Assembly: GCF_032191835.1 (NCBI RefSeq)
Contig: NC_083237.1
Location: 17,918,001-17,982,000 of the forward strand
From: Heteronotia binoei
Lineage: Eukaryota
Direction: 5' to 3'
DNA: 64,000 nucleotides
Shown: positions 11,109 to 22,820 of the stretch, one piece after another
Numbering within the stretch: position 1 is the stretch's first letter
Layout of the letters: every line of letters starts with the position of its first letter
Position numbers and translations under genes: made by a program
Notes under the pieces: generated by a model
What the model was told of the DNA's origin: nothing
The model's input: the letters and a program-made list of their open reading frames with translations, nothing else
Databases searched by the model: none

Positions 11109-11302
11109 CAATGTTCCCCCTAAGCTGCAGAGTCTTGTGAGCAAAAATTCTACTCTGTGAGCTACTGGCATTAAAGTTGTGAGATACTGCATATGTTAGT
11201 GTGCTCTGGGGTCATCCTTCCTGAGCTAAGACAAAAATTTGTGAACAGGAGGCTAAAAATCTGTGAGCTAGCTCACATTAACTCACCTTAGAGGGAACAC
11301 TG
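11109..11302. mobile_element. hAT MITE (CAGTGTTCCCTCTAAG TIR)
   Basis: 8-bp TSD GTTGCATG; related copies at 27237-27430 and 63217-63410. Confidence 0.85.
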
Positions 11303-11825
11303 GTTGCATGGTATACTGTGATCTCATCAGATCTTGGAAGCTAAGCTATTTGATAAGATATCTGGACAGGGGACCACCAAGGAAGACTCTGCAGAAGAAG
11401 GCACTGGTAAACCCCCTCTGCTTCTCACTTGCCTTCATAGCCCCTTACAGGGGTTGCCAGAATCTTTCAGCACTTATGAACATACATTTCCACAATTAAT
11501 AGGATTTCCCAGGTTTTTGCTTCCCCCCCCCCTTTAGTTAATCTTTCTATACTAGTGACAGTTGCATACATAGGAGAAAGAATGCTAGACTTCAAAAGAG
11601 GAACTGTGGGTTCAAATTCTGGCTCACCCATGAAGCTGACTAGGTGTGGTCCGTCAAGCTAAATAATCTCACAGGGTCATTATGGGTGATAACAGATGGG
11701 TGGTTTAAGCCGCCCCGGGGACAGGAGGCAAGTGGCTCAAAAAACGCGCATACACAAACACACATCTGCCTGCAGTCCCCATCCCGCACACAGCCCATCC
11801 AGGGCCGAATTGAAGCCTCCTCAGA

Positions 11826-12720
11826 AAGGTATCACTGTCAAAGATTGTATGATTAAGTGGGCCCAAAATTTGGGACATAATATAGACTTAGAAGCCTGGG
11901 AGAAAGTTTGGAAATGTAATATAAAAATGGCTAGATCAATGGATTTAAAAGAAAATATCTATAAATTGTTCTATAGATGTTACTTAACCCCAGACAAATT
12001 AGCAAAAATGTACCAAAATATGTCAAATAAGTGTTGGAAATGTAAGACTACAACCGGAACTTTTAATCATATGTGGTGGTTGTGTAATAGAGCCAAATCT
12101 TATTGGAAGATGGTACATGATCTACTACAAAAGATTATGAAAATACAAATTAGATTTCAACCTGAGACTTTTTTTTTATTAAACATGTTACCAGAAGATT
12201 ATTCCAGATAGATTAAAGCGTTTCTAATGCATGCAGTGACTGCAGCTAGAATAATTTTTGCTAAATATTGGAAAATATATGAAATACCAAGAAAAGAAAA
12301 GCTAAGCTTGTAGACCTCACAGAAATAGATATATTATCAGCTAGACTGAAAGATGCTAATCTGTGTGAAACTAAGAAAATATGGGAACCATTATATAGAT
12401 GGTTACGGTATAATATATGAACTTCCAAAATAAGATAAAAATGTGATTTATGACAAGTACTGCCATGTAAAAATATATTCTTGTCTTAGTAGGAGTTTTG
12501 AGAGGTATTAATGATTAATGAATTAGAAGATACAATTGCAGAAAATGTTGCAAGATGACTGATATTGAAGATAAAGATATAAAATGAATAATGCATAAGT
12601 GGAAATATTATAAATTTTAATCCATGTATCCCACCCTTTTCCCTTCCCTCCATCCCCCCTTCCTATTTTACCTGAAAACCTAATAAATCTATTTAAAAAC
12701 TGGAAAAAAAAGGTGGTGCC
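11826..12720 (+). mobile_element. L1-clade LINE 3' fragment with A-rich tail
   Basis: LEAWEKVWK..YLTPDKL..CWKCKTTTGTFNHMWWLC; aataaa plus A-run near 12680-12710. Confidence 0.85.
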
Positions 12721-13539
12721 TAAATTCTGAGGTGGCTCTGAGATGTCTGGATGGCCGGGGAGCACCTGGGGAGCCCCCAACAGGTACATGAGCACTGTGG
12801 AAGCTCCTCCAAAACGCATGCAGCCTGTCCCTGTTCCGGGAGCAGGCCGTGTGATGCCCGGAGGCTCCGAGCCGCTCCTTTTCCAGCCGGCTTACTTCTG
12901 GGGTGGTTTGATGCCACATTGAGCTGGCCATCTGGTTTTGGCCTATGAGTAATAGAAAGGGCTAGGCCCCTGCTAATTTTCCTGAATGACTGAGGCGACG
13001 ATCACACACACTCAACAATGCACTTTCGACCCAATTTCAATGCACTTTCCAACTGGATTTTGCCATTTCACACAGTAAAATCCAGTTGGAAAGTGCATTG
13101 AATGTGGATTGAAAGTGTATTATTTGGTGTGTGTGATTGCAACCTAAAGGAAGGTAACACAGCAGGTACTGTGTCTAGGGGTCCAGATGCTTTTCAGACC
13201 AGACTCGGGTATTTGCCCTGCTTGAGTACTTATCCCTACAGCTCTCTTAACCAGAGCTAACATCTCCTCTTCTGTTTCCCTTAAGTCAACTGGTAGATAT
13301 TTCATTCGTGCCCTCCCTCCCTCTCTCTCTCACATACACACAGACATATTTTTTTTCTTGTTTGGAACACCCTCTGTCATTTTTCACTCCTCCATTTTAT
13401 CAGCACAACAACCTTGCAAAGTAGGTTAGGCTGAGGGAGTGCAGCTGGTCCCCGGTCAGTCAGGGAGGGAACTACAAGGCTCAGTAAGAATTAGCTCCCA
13501 GGCCACCCTAGGTATACTCCAGGAATCGAAGCAACACAA

Positions 13540-13900
13540 TATACTGGCACTTTGTTGGACATAGAAAAAACAGAGAGGGGAAAGAAACTTAACCCAAAAA
13601 GTGGAGTAAGAAACCTAAAAGGTTAATACACAATTAAAGGGCCAAACATTAAAAGCAAACAGTATAATAAATCATAACCATACATACATGTATTTATTAT
13701 AGAAAGCTAAAACCATTTAGGTTTTATTACAGAAAGCTAAAGCCATTAGCCTCTATCCTTTGTACAATCATAAAACCACAATGGGAACCCACTTAACTTG
13801 ACCTGACGTGTTTCGACCTAGACTGGACTTATTCAGAGGTCAGAAAAGTAAATACACATCTTGACTCATAATACAGAATACAATAAAACAACAGAACAAT
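13540..13900 (-). mobile_element. Penelope-like element terminal region with degenerate hammerhead motif
   Basis: Minus strand tgacct-ctgaata-a-gtcc.agtcta.ggtc-gaa-acacgt-c-aggtca at 13842-13799. Confidence 0.55.
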
Positions 13901-14384
13901 GTTAGACCACAAGAAAATTTAAAGATATTCTTGAGGCATTCTACAGCCTTATGTCCTAATCAAGGACACACATATTGCATCCAGTGTCTTATTGTATGCC
14001 TCACCACAGGGTCCAGAATTGATCAAGGTAAGTGTAATGTCAGAGCCTATGTGCCAAGAGTTATGTGTCACTTTGCTGGACTTCACCATCTTTTAAGTGC
14101 CAGGCTTCAAATTGTTTTGAGTCTGCCCCCAGGATATGACTTGCAACAAAGAAGCAGAGTTGGGTGGACAGTCTCCTTTACAAATGACCGGATGACGCTC
14201 ATACCATGATTTACGCACGTTTCAAAGTTATTAAATGCAAATACATAACAGATTCCAGCTTCAGCATTCTTCGGGGAGAAATCAGCCAGTTCAGATGAAC
14301 ATTTTACTATGCCTTTCATCCTCTCAAAGCTGGTGTAAGTGTGTTTTCTGATAGCCCATCCTAGCCTTATCTTGTCAGAATTAA

Positions 14385-14630
14385 GAACATAAGAGAAGCC
14401 ATGTTGGATCAGGCCAATGGCGCATCCAGTCCAACACTTTGTGTCACACAGTAGCCAAACTGCCCCTTGCCCCAGGTACCGTCAGGAGGTTCATCAGTGG
14501 GGCTAGGACGCTCGAAGCCCTCACACTGTGGCCCCTTCCAAGCACCAAGAATACAGAGTATCACTGCCCCATACAGAGAGTTCCAACAATACACTGTGGC
14601 TAATAGCCACTGATGGACCTCTGCTCCATA
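14385..14630 (-). mobile_element. CR1 LINE 3' end (TTCTTATG-tail subfamily)
   Basis: aagaacataagagaagccatgttggatcaggcc; related to ends at about 29690-29878 and 61170-61245. Confidence 0.7.
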
Positions 14631-14849
14631 TGTTTGGAAGCTAAGCTGGGCCCACCATAGTTAGTTTGGAAGCTAAACTGGGCCCACCATGGTTAGGAGA
14701 CCACCACCAAGCGGGTCCAGGATCACTAGGAAAGTTGGACAATGAAGAAAGCTGACAGGAGGAAAGTTGATTCGTTTGAAATATGATGTTGGAAGTGAGT
14801 TTTATGAATACTGTGGACTGCCAAAAAGACAAAAAAAAAGTAGTTCTAG

Positions 14850-15275
14850 AATCAAACAATCCTGAACTCTCTCCCTAAAAGTTAAAATGTCCAAACTGAG
14901 GGTATCAAACCTTGGTTACACATGAGAAGACAAAAACACCGGAAAGGCAATAATGCTAGGAAAAGATGAAGGGAGCAGGAAAAAACGCAGTCCCAGCATG
15001 AGATGGATTGACACTATAGAGCAAGGGTGGCCAACGGTAGGTCTCCAGATGTTTTTTGCCTACAACTCCCATCAGCCACAGCCAGCATGGCCAATGGCTG
15101 GGGCTGATGGGAGTTGTAGGCAAAAAACATCTGGAGAGCTACCATTGGCCACCCCTGCTATAGAGGAAGCCACAGCTTCCAATATCTGTGCAAGGCTGTT
15201 AACAGGACAACATTTTTGGAGGACATTAAATCTTGGGGTCACCATAAGTCAAAAGTGACCTGATGGCACTTATTT
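14850..15275 (+). mobile_element. RTE (BovB-like) LINE 3' fragment interrupted by a MITE
   Basis: MLGK.EGSRKKRSPSMRWID motif. Confidence 0.7.
15022..15157. mobile_element. 136-bp palindromic hAT MITE (CAGGGGTGGCCAA TIR)
   Basis: 8-bp TSD CTATAGAG. Confidence 0.88.
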
Positions 15276-16308
15276 AACAGAGAGAGAGAGAGGCAACGAT
15301 AAACCACCTCTGCTCATCTTTTGCTTGGAAAACCCTAATGTCCTGCAGTCACCACGAGTGACTTGATGACACATGACCATTGTTTATTCTTACTACTGCT
15401 GCTGCTCCTCCTCCTCCTCCTACTAATAATAATACTATCTCAGCCACTCCAGGAACATCAGTGCTCCGTACCTAAGATATTTTTAAAATAGGCTTTTAAA
15501 TTTGTGAGATGACATTTCCCATTGGAACTGAATTGGTTTTAAAGAATTTTTTTTTAAAGAAAATCACTAGCGCATGCCCCTCTTTCCAAGACTCACTCCT
15601 ATAACTTGCCCGTCTTTATTTCCCGGGCTCAAGGTAGATTTTTGGGGAAACAAAGCATTGCCGATTGCTTTCAGGAGGCCAGGGGCAACGTAGGAACATG
15701 ATTCTTTTCTTAATGAAATTGTGGATGGTAAGCCAAGGCAAAGTTTCTGAACTTCACAGTCACGATTCTCATTCCACTTGTACATTTCTGATGCAGGCAC
15801 GTCCCAGACACTTGGACTTGGCAGCAGTGGTGGGAAGCTCTGTGAAGTGGCCACTGACTTAGGGCAAACCTGTAGGATTTTCAAGGCCAGAAGCATACAG
15901 AGGTGGTTTGCAAATTGCCCTCCTCTGCCACTGAGTAGCAACCCTGGACTTCCCATCTGTGAGCTAACTAGGGGACCTGGCAGCAGGTTTATTTTTAAAA
16001 GTTCTGTTAGGAGATCATGGATTTCCTACTGACGGTGTCAAATGTTTGGAATAAAGTGGTAGAGCAAATAAAACTTATATTCGATCTAACCATGCCAGTA
16101 GATTTTAAGTGTCTCTTATTTGATATTTGGCCTGGTAAGTTGGTGAGTAAATATTAGAAATCTTTCATCTCGACAATGTTGGAGATAGCTAAAAACTGGA
16201 AACCCCCGCGATTGAAATATGGTATGATAAGTTATGGGACCAGCAAGAAATGGGAAAGAAAATGGATAAAATGTGAGAATGTCTGCTAATCACCCTATTG
16301 GTTATAGG

Positions 16309-16822
16309 AAAAGGAAAGGAAAGGTCCCCTGTGCAAGCACCAGTCGTTTCCGACTCTGGGGTGACATTGCTTTCACAACGTTTTTACGGCAGACCTTTTT
16401 ACGGGGTGGTTTGTCATTGCCTAGGCGGCCCCATGGCACAGAGTGGTAAAGCAGTTCAGTGGTCTGAACTCTCTGCTCATGACCTGAGTTCGATTCTGGT
16501 GGAAGCTGGATTCAGGTAGCCCCGGCCCAAGGTTGACTCAGCCTTCCATCCTTCCGAGGTCAGTAAAATGAGTACCCAGCTTGCTGGGGGGAAAGTGTAA
16601 AAGACTGGGGAAGGCAATGGCAACCCACCCCGTTAAAAAGTCTGCTGTGAAAACGTTGTGAAAGCAACGTCACCCCAGAGTTGGAAACGACTGGTGCTTG
16701 CACAGGGGACCTTTCCTTTCCTTGCCATTGCCTTCCCCAGTCATCTACACGTCCCCCCGAGCAAGCTGGATACTCATTTGACCGAACTTGGAAGGATGGA
16801 AGGCTGAGTCAACCTCAAGCCA
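16309..16822. mobile_element. Sauria SINE (+, 16423-16721) nested inside an antiparallel Sauria SINE (-)
   Basis: 12-bp TSD ttg(t/c)cattgcct at 16411-16422 and 16722-16733; Sauria tail acctttcctttcc. Confidence 0.85.
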
Positions 16823-16829
16823 GTTTATA

Positions 16830-17312
16830 AGTCTGGGCCAAAATGAGGGAGAAAGAACTCAGAAGTTTTTCCCATCCAACTAATTTACCTTTTAACATGT
16901 AACATGCATATAGTTTGCCATATAACATATGAATGTTACATGTTAAAAGGAAAAAACTTCTGAGAAAGAAATGCTTATAAACAATAGAGCAATTAGCAGA
17001 CATTCCCACATTTTGACATGTTACTGTTTTATCGGTTTCGCATGCTCATGCTACCCTGATCAAAGGTTTGCTCAATTTGTTAATTTTACTATTCTGTCAT
17101 TGGATTTTAATTTGTACCATTTTGCATTCTAAACCGCTGCCTACCAGCTTTATATAGCTCTGCTCACTGTACCTGATTCCTCGTCTGATGAAGCGTGCAT
17201 GCACACATGAAAGCTTACATTCTGAATGAAACTTGGTTGGTCTTAAAGGTGCCATTTGACTCCTACTTTGTTCTACTGCTTCAGACCAACACGGCTGTCC
17301 ACCTGGATCTTT
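16830..17312 (+). mobile_element. Penelope-like element 3' end/terminal repeat with hammerhead-like core
   Basis: ctgatga..gtgcatgcac..gaaagctt followed by ttggtcttaaaggtgcc..ttcagaccaacacggct; related pieces at about 37040-37100, 48600-48730, 52421-52462 and 58820-58985. Confidence 0.6.
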
Positions 17313-17317
17313 CTAGC

Positions 17318-17694
17318 AGAAAAGGAAGACTGACCTACCCTTCCGTGCTCTGAGGGGAAGTGAGATCTCTCAGCCAGCTGTGACTGTTCATGGATTTCCA
17401 AGCTAAACTGTGTTGGGACAGAAAGCCCCACAATGGAAGAATGGACTTGCTCTATGGCTGGCCCTGGAAAAAAGATGAGCTCCAGCATTTGGGGACCTCA
17501 TTTTCAAATGTTAGCAACCGAATCTGCCAGGAGTGAAAGCATCCCATGGGGGGGAGTGTGTGTGAGGGAATAAAATGACGCAGGATGACACTGGACTAGC
17601 TTTTCCCAGTGGAGTGTGTCATGGCTCATTCCCTCTGTGATAGGACTCTTCTGCCCCCACGTCCTTCTAGTGAGTGCACGAGGAAGCTGGGGTT
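17318..17694 (-). promoter_or_regulatory. Putative promoter and non-coding exon 1 of A2
   Basis: Homologous to the A1 block; degenerate composite at about 17486-17515; O/E-like TCCCATGGGG at 17542-17551; GTAGGT donor at 17338-17333. Confidence 0.6.
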
Positions 17695-17894
17695 TAGGGC
17701 TGCCAACCTCCAGGTGGTGTCTGGAGACCTTCAGATCTCCAAGTGACGGGAATCCATTCCACTGGAGGAAATGGCTGCCAGGGAAGGTGTTGCATTATGC
17801 CCCGCTGAAGTCCCTCCCCTCTCTAAACCACAGTCTCCTCTGTCTGCACCCCAAAAATCTCCAACTATTTCCCAACTCAGAGCTGGCAACCCTA
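17695..17894. mobile_element. hAT MITE (TAGGGTTGCCA TIR)
   Basis: TSD (c/g)tggggtt; absent from the paralogous A1 block. Confidence 0.8.
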
Positions 17895-19266
17895 GTGGGG
17901 TTTGAACTCCAGTTTCTACTCTGGTATCATCTAGACCACACTGATTATCTTGTAAGGATAACATTTGGTTGTCCTTCAGATCATTTCTCAGTCATGAGGT
18001 TTTTTTTTTTTTGAGCAGAAACACACAGGAAAGCAGTTCCGGCTGGCTTGGCACCAGAGGGTGTAGCCTAATATGCAAATGAGCTTCTGCTGGGCTTTTT
18101 CTACAGAAAGTCCTATGCTAAACAATGGTGATGTCAGGAGGTGTGGCCTAATATGACAATGAGTTCCTGCTGGGCTTTTTCTACAAAAAAGGCCCTGGTC
18201 ATAAGTATACAATACAAAAATGTATTTATTTAGTTCAGTTAGTCCAAGGACTTCTCTGCAGTGGGGACAAAAGCAGCTTACAGAGTTCTCTGTGATTCCA
18301 TTTTATCCTCTCAGTAACTCTCTGAGGTGGGTTATGCTGAGACTGCATGACTTTCCATGGCAGAGTGGGGATTCAAAGATGTCTCTCTAAGGTCCAGTCT
18401 GATACAGTTCTACATGATAGGTTTTCTCATCTGCCTATGCAGTTGTGCCGTTGTCCTTATTTGAGTAATGCAGTTGAGTCAATCACAAACCACATTTAAA
18501 GAGACCACACACCTTTTAAATGCCTTCACTCCATTGGGAAGGATAGGGGCACCTTCTTTGGGGGGGCTCACAGAACTGGACCCCCTGGTTCAATCCTTTT
18601 GAAACTTGGGGGGTCTTTTGAGGAGAGGCACTGAATGCTATGTTGCAAATTTGGTGTCTCTACTTCAACAAAACAGTGGCATAAGGGCAAAATTATATTT
18701 TGAAGTAATTGGGACACTGTAGGTATATCCCCCCCCCATTTGCTGCCATTTTGCCCCCCACTGGCCAGCTGAGCGGAGGAAGGGGAGTACTTGCAGGGTA
18801 TAGAGGGTCACTCACTCCTGATGTGATGTTGGGTTGCCAGCCTTCAGGTGAGCCGGTAGCAGCAGATGAGAGCATGAGTTGATCCATGTTGTAAAGAGTA
18901 GAGCTGTGGCTCCATGTAGCGTCAGGAGAAAGAGGCTGAAGAGGTACTGATAAATGAAACTATGAGGATTCTTTTTAAAAACGGTTCCTTATTCTCTCCA
19001 TATCGTCATGAGTGGAAAAGTAAGAGATTAAAAACTACACCCACATCTTTACTATGCCTATCTTGAAGAGACTGCTACTCTTAAAAGACTGTTGAGAGAC
19101 TGTGTGGGGAAATTTCAAATGTTGAGTATTTTATGTTCCTTAGTTGTGTTGTATTTAGTTTGCAGTAAAAGAACGCATTTATGCACACTTTGTGTGAGAG
19201 TTTAATTGCTTCCAGTGGTTACTATATATTCCCTTGGAGAAAATGGCTGCTTTGAAGGGTGGACTC

Positions 19267-19448
19267 TAGGACTTTTTTTGTAGCAGGATCTCCTTTGCAT
19301 ATTAGGCCACACACCCCTGATGTAGCCAATCCTCCCCGAGCTTACAGTAGGCCCTGTACTAAGAGCCCTGGAAGCTCTTGGAGGATTGGCTACATCAGGG
19401 GTGTGTGGCCTAATATGCAAAGGAGTTCCTGCTACAAAAAAAGCCCAA
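19267..19448. mobile_element. Palindromic hAT MITE (CAGGGCTTTTT family) nested in another MITE
   Basis: TSD g(t/c)ggactc. Confidence 0.8.
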
Positions 19449-19747
19449 GCGGACTCTATGGCATTGCATCATGCCGAGGCCCCTCCTTCCCAAACCCCTC
19501 CCTCTCCCAGCTCTTCCCTCAAAGTCTCCAGGTATTTTCCAACACAGACTTGCAAACCTCAGACATGAATATGGTGGATGTAGGTGGACTGTCTGGCATT
19601 ACATCCCTACTGAGCTCTCCACACACTCCCAGGCTCCACCCCCAAAATTCCAGGAATGTCCCAACCCAGAGTCAGCAATTGTAACAAGAGAGTATTACTG
19701 TGCTCAGACCACACCAGGTTCTTAGTGTCATAGTGCATAGGTATTCT

Positions 19748-19929
19748 CAGGACTTTTTTGTAGCAGGAACTTCTTTGCATATTAGGCCACACCCATCTGA
19801 TGTAGCCAATCCTCTAAGAGCTTACAGGGCTCTTCATGCAGGGCCTACTGTAAGCTCCAGGAGGATTGGCTACATCAGGGGGTGTGGCTTAATATTCAAA
19901 GGAGTTCCTCTACAAAAAAAAAAGCCCTG
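19748..19929. mobile_element. Palindromic hAT MITE (CAGGGCTTTTT family)
   Basis: 8-bp TSD GGTATTCT. Confidence 0.85.
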
Positions 19930-20072
19930 GGTATTCTTGATTACAGGCATGGAAGGTGTGTTCTCTATCAAGGATACTGATGGCATCTGGTGGAATTTGA
20001 GGCTGAAGCACAAGTCTCTGCTGAGAATGCCCAAGCAGAACTCTGGTCACCTAGAACTGGCACTATATCTCA

Positions 20073-21002
20073 TCAACTCCTAGGTCTACATTTGCTCAAC
20101 AGTCTCCACATGGCTTGTTTGATCTCTCTGTTCCTCAGAGTGTAGATCATGGGGTTCATCAAGGGGAAGACCACAGTGTGGAGAACAGCCATGACCTTGT
20201 CAAAAGGAAATTCCATGAACGGACGACAATAGATGTAGATGGCTGGTCCAAACATGATAACCACCATGATGATGTGGGTGATGCAAGTGGAGGCAGCTTT
20301 GCTCTTCCCTCGGCTCAAGCCTGTCCTCACCTTGACCAACAGGATCCCATAGGAGACAAGGAGGAGGATGAAACAGACCAGGATGGAAATGCCACTGTTC
20401 ACAAACATGAAGAGCTCCAAGGTGTAGGTGTCCATGCAAGCCAATTTGACAATCTGAATAATGTCACAGAAGAAACTGTCTACCTTGTTGGGACCACAGA
20501 ATGGAAGAGGGACAATAAAGAAGACTTGGATAATGGAGTGAAAAAATCCTAAGCACCAGGAAGCCACCACCATGACACTGCAGACTGGCCTGCTCACTAC
20601 ACTTGAGTAACGTAAGGGGTGGCAAATGGCCATGTACCGATCGATAGCCATGCTAATGAGAAGGAAGACTTCTGATCCTCCAAGAAAATGGAGGAAGAAG
20701 AGCTGGGCCATGCAGCCCTTGTAGGAGATGGTCTTGTGGCGGGAGAAGAAGTCGGCCAGCATCTTGGGAGGGGTGACGGAGCAGTAGCAGATATCCAGGA
20801 AGGCTAAGTTGGCCAAGAAGAAGTACATGGGGGAGGCCAAGCGAGGGTCACTCCGGATGGTCAAGATGATGAGGACATTTGCTGGGAGGACCAATGAGTA
20901 GAAGACAAGGAACAGGACAAAGAGGAGGAGCTGGACTCCTCTGGCCTGGGAGAGGCCCAGCAGTACAAACTCCTTCACTGCAGAATGATTCCCTTGCTGC
21001 AT
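20073..21002 (-). CDS. Olfactory receptor family 4, OR4N/OR4M-like (A3), 309 aa
   Basis: Intact OR motifs. Start set at MQQGNHS (21002) by alignment to A1/A2; the 26-aa upstream extension is intronic. Confidence 0.96.
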   Translation of the reverse strand: MQQGNHSAVKEFVLLGLSQARGVQLLLFVLFLVFYSLVLPANVLIILTIRSDPRLASPMYFFLANLAFLDICYCSVTPPKMLADFFSRHKTISYKGCMAQLFFLHFLGGSEVFLLISMAIDRYMAICHPLRYSSVVSRPVCSVMVVASWCLGFFHSIIQVFFIVPLPFCGPNKVDSFFCDIIQIVKLACMDTYTLELFMFVNSGISILVCFILLLVSYGILLVKVRTGLSRGKSKAASTCITHIIMVVIMFGPAIYIYCRPFMEFPFDKVMAVLHTVVFPLMNPMIYTLRNREIKQAMWRLLSKCRPRS

Positions 21003-21086
21003 ACCTGTTGTGGAAACATACCAGAGCTGGAAATAGGAGGAATACAATAGTTTTTTTAAAAAAGTACATTTCAAGTACACAATAGC

Positions 21087-22820
21087 GGCAAAGCAGGACT
21101 CTTACGGTTTTTGGAGCACAAACTCAATAAAATTCTTGTTTCAATTAATCGTTGGGAGCTCAATTTTGTCGATGTTTGAACTGAGAAAGAAACTAAATTG
21201 CCTTCCTTCTTGGTCTGAGTATACTCAGCTAACACACCTTTTAAACTCCCCAATGTCGTTAGCAGCTAAATTACGTCCTAAAACTGATTTTGAACGATTG
21301 GTGATGAATTTTAACCAAAACAGTAAACATACTATCTCTAAATTGTATTGCATGTTATTGTTAGATCATTTTAGACAACCGCCATCTTATGTTGTACGTT
21401 GGCATAGAGATTGTGATATGATTCTTGATGCAGACCATTGGGATTCTATATGGTCATCAGAAGCTTTTAACACCAATTCACTCAATACTTTGCAGTTAAA
21501 TTTTAAAATACTTTTAAGGTGGTATTATACTCCTATACGTTTAGCACTTATTTTACCAGTAGGCTTCCCAACCCTCCCGCCCTGGCGGGGGACCCCAGGA
21601 TTTCCACCCTCTTCCCCCGCTCCCCAAAAAAATGGAAGCGGGGGGAGAGGGGGGAAACGGCACCGAGCCGCCCGATCCTGGAGCCGGCGAGGCCGCCGCG
21701 CCGCTGCCACCCCCTCCCCGCCCACCGCAGTTGCTCCTCCGAGATGAGCCCAGGCTGAGCCCATCTTGGAGGAGCAGCCAAGAGGCGGCAGCAGTGCAGG
21801 GGAGGGCGAGGCAGGCCAGGAGCATGGCGAGCTGCGAATCCAGGCCCTTCTAGGACCCGGATTTGCGGCTCGCCATGCTCCGGGCCCGCCTCCACCCCCC
21901 CTCCGCTTCCATCCCAGAGGCGGAGCGGGCGAGGCCACCGCGCAGCTGCCGCCTCTTCTATGCTTGCCGTGGCTGCTCCTCCAAGATGGGCTCAGGCTGA
22001 GCCCATCTTGGAGGAGCAGCCACGGCGAGTGGAGAAGAGGCGGCAGCTGCGGGGCGGCTCGCCATGCTCCTCGGCGCCGTTTCCCCCCTCCCCCTAGCTC
22101 CACCCCAGTGTCTCCTGGCTCCACCCCCAAAGTCTCCTGGCTCCACCCCCAAAGTCCCCAGATATTTCTGGGGTTGGACTTGGCAACCCTATTTACCAGA
22201 CTGTTCCCCTTTGTGTTGGAGAAGGTGTGGCCAGAAAGCTTCTTTTTTCCATTGTTGGTGGGAATGTGAGAAAGTCATAAGCTTCTGGAAATGTATTACC
22301 CAAAAGGTGTCAGAAATTACAGGTGTTCGCATTCCATATACTCCAGATTTCATATTATTGTATAACTGGTTAAATTCGAAAATTCCATCTAGGCATCGCT
22401 CATTGTTGGTAACTCTGCTGACAGCAGCGAAATCTGTCATAGCTACCACATGGAAAAGCCCTAATTATTTAAGTGTTGATCAATGGTTTTCCAAAATTTG
22501 GGGCCATATGGCCATGGAAAAAATTGCATCAGGTCTTAATTCTATAGATCCCTACATGGCCCATGAAAAGTTTATTGCAAATGGTTTCCGATAATTGAAA
22601 AGTTAGACAACGATCCTTGCTATGTAAATTCACTCTTGAAATGTGAGAGTTATAAATTTCTGTTACTAATGTAAATATGGTTAGTTTTGGGCAGGCCTTT
22701 TGGATGTAATTCGAAATATTTGATTACAATTTGTTTAGGGGGTTTTGAGGATATATGTACACATTTTTAAGAAGGATTCTTTTGACTATTTTGTATGTAT
22801 ACAATTTTATTTTTTTTAAA
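21087..22820 (+). mobile_element. 5'-truncated L1-clade LINE, antisense to A3, split by a hAT element
   Basis: 14-bp TSD aagtacacaatagc (21073-21086, 22821-22834); ORF2 reads LRWYYTPIRLALILP|DCSPLCWRRCGQKASFFHCWWEC across the insertion. Confidence 0.88.
21560..22191. mobile_element. CpG-rich 632-bp non-autonomous hAT element
   Basis: TIR taggcttccca/tggcaacccta, 8-bp TSD TTTACCAG, internal duplicated GC-rich hairpin modules. Confidence 0.85.

Noticed and set aside
15022-15157. CRISPR-like or pre-miRNA-like repeated palindromes
   Set aside because: Dispersed copies with TIRs and 8-bp TSDs identify them as MITEs; there is no repeat-spacer array and the DNA is eukaryotic.
21003-21080. N-terminal extensions in the ORF track for A3 (26 aa), A1 (11 aa) and B2 (22 aa)
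   Set aside because: They run through splice-acceptor sequence and are absent from paralogues; the downstream Met aligns with the standard OR start and N-glycosylation site.
21525-22269. Several long GC-rich ORFs and an apparent CpG-island promoter
   Set aside because: All lie within a TIR/TSD-bounded hAT element; GC-rich DNA lacks stop codons by composition.
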